DNA from: Alphaproteobacteria bacterium
GTDB lineage: Bacteria > Pseudomonadota > Alphaproteobacteria > CACIAM-22H2
Direction: 5' to 3'
Assembly (NCBI GenBank): GCA_044355765.1
Contig: JBIKXN010000001.1
Coordinates: 1 to 33,455, forward strand
DNA: 33,455 bases
Shown here: positions 33,175 to 33,455 of the stretch, one piece after another
Position numbering within the stretch: the first letter of the stretch is position 1
How the letters are laid out: every line of letters begins with the position of its first letter
Made by a program: the position numbers and the translations under genes
The notes under the pieces: model-generated
The model's database searches: none
What the model saw: the letters and a program-made list of their open reading frames with translations, nothing else
Told to the model about the DNA's origin: nothing

Positions 33175-33455
33175 TCCGCGCTCCCGGGCGCGCGGCGCGC
33201 GCGGTGCCGATCGGACAGGCGCCGGCGAAGGTCATGTGACGGATCTGGCGGAAGAGAACACGCGGGAGACGGCGGGCAGGCCGGTGGCGCTTCGGCGTGC
33301 GGCGTCGGATGGCGTCCGTGCATCGGTGCGGAGGGTGGCGGGCGCCCAGCCGGGCCCCGTGGGCGTGGACTTTCCCTTACCGCTCATATGGGGATGTGCG
33401 GCATCGGCGGGCGGGCGCCCTTGACGGCACGCGGGGCGACGGGGGAGGTTATCAT

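Noticed and set aside
1-33455. Search for CRISPR arrays, IS elements, integrases, phage genes, tRNA/rRNA genes and toxin-antitoxin or defence-type genes
   Set aside because: I found no regularly spaced repeats, no transposase- or integrase-like translation, no tRNA-like cloverleaf candidates in the short intergenic regions and no defence-type domains. The window looks like core or accessory metabolism rather than a mobile or defence island.
33175-33455. The right-hand 281 bp: a possible TTGACG -35 element (33420-33425), a GGAGG near the last bases suggesting a gene start at the window edge, and a weak GC stem just after the 33174 stop
   Set aside because: The putative start codon is cut by the window end, no convincing -10 element follows, and the stem lacks a U-tract. 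The listed ORFs here (32894-33424, 33012-33239, 33054-33323) are not protein-like. None of this can be supported.

Overview
Very GC-rich bacterial chromosomal DNA, probably alphaproteobacterial (inference from composition and gene content only). I support 31 protein-coding genes, one of them absent from the ORF track. I found no rRNA, tRNA, CRISPR array, transposase, integrase or phage gene. Many long ORFs in the track are antisense artefacts of GC-rich coding DNA. Several true genes start well inside the listed ORFs.

The window is a mosaic of catabolic operons:
- (i) 1-8727: an acid-sugar-type locus with three paralogous enolase-superfamily enzymes, an aldehyde dehydrogenase, a Tat-exported PhoD-like phosphatase, a 2-hydroxyacid dehydrogenase, an HpcH-type aldolase and an SDR.
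- (ii) 9007-12616 (-): binding protein, permease, Rieske oxygenase, GST.
- (iii) 12758-17589 (+): soxBDAG-type heterotetrameric N-methyl amino acid oxidase.
- (iv) 17594-22821 (-): HD-domain protein, 2OG/Fe(II) oxygenase, membrane desaturase-type di-iron protein, permease, binding protein, permease.
- (v) 22911-28805 (+): a non-canonical hut operon: hutH, AhpD/CMD-like protein, hutU, small unknown protein, 2-hydroxyacid dehydrogenase, GntR/HutC regulator.
- (vi) 28877-33174 (+): SDR, a single-polypeptide E1alpha-E1beta-lipoyl-domain fusion, CtBP-like dehydrogenase.

The best candidate for an undescribed system is operon (iv). Its HD protein shows the H..HD..H..H..D ligand pattern of the PhnZ/TmpB/MIOX mixed-valent di-iron oxygenases. 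It is paired with a 2OG oxygenase of a different family from the known partners, with a membrane desaturase-like enzyme, and with an amino-acid-type ABC importer. The operon is transcribed divergently from the hut operon and abuts the sox operon with only 4 nt between stop codons.

Other notable points are the E1alpha-beta-lipoyl fusion with no E2 or E3 nearby, the Rieske-GST start/stop overlap, five ABC transporter genes with no ATPase, and the AhpD-like gene wedged between hutH and hutU. All functional assignments rest on motif-level reading of the translations. No database search was possible.
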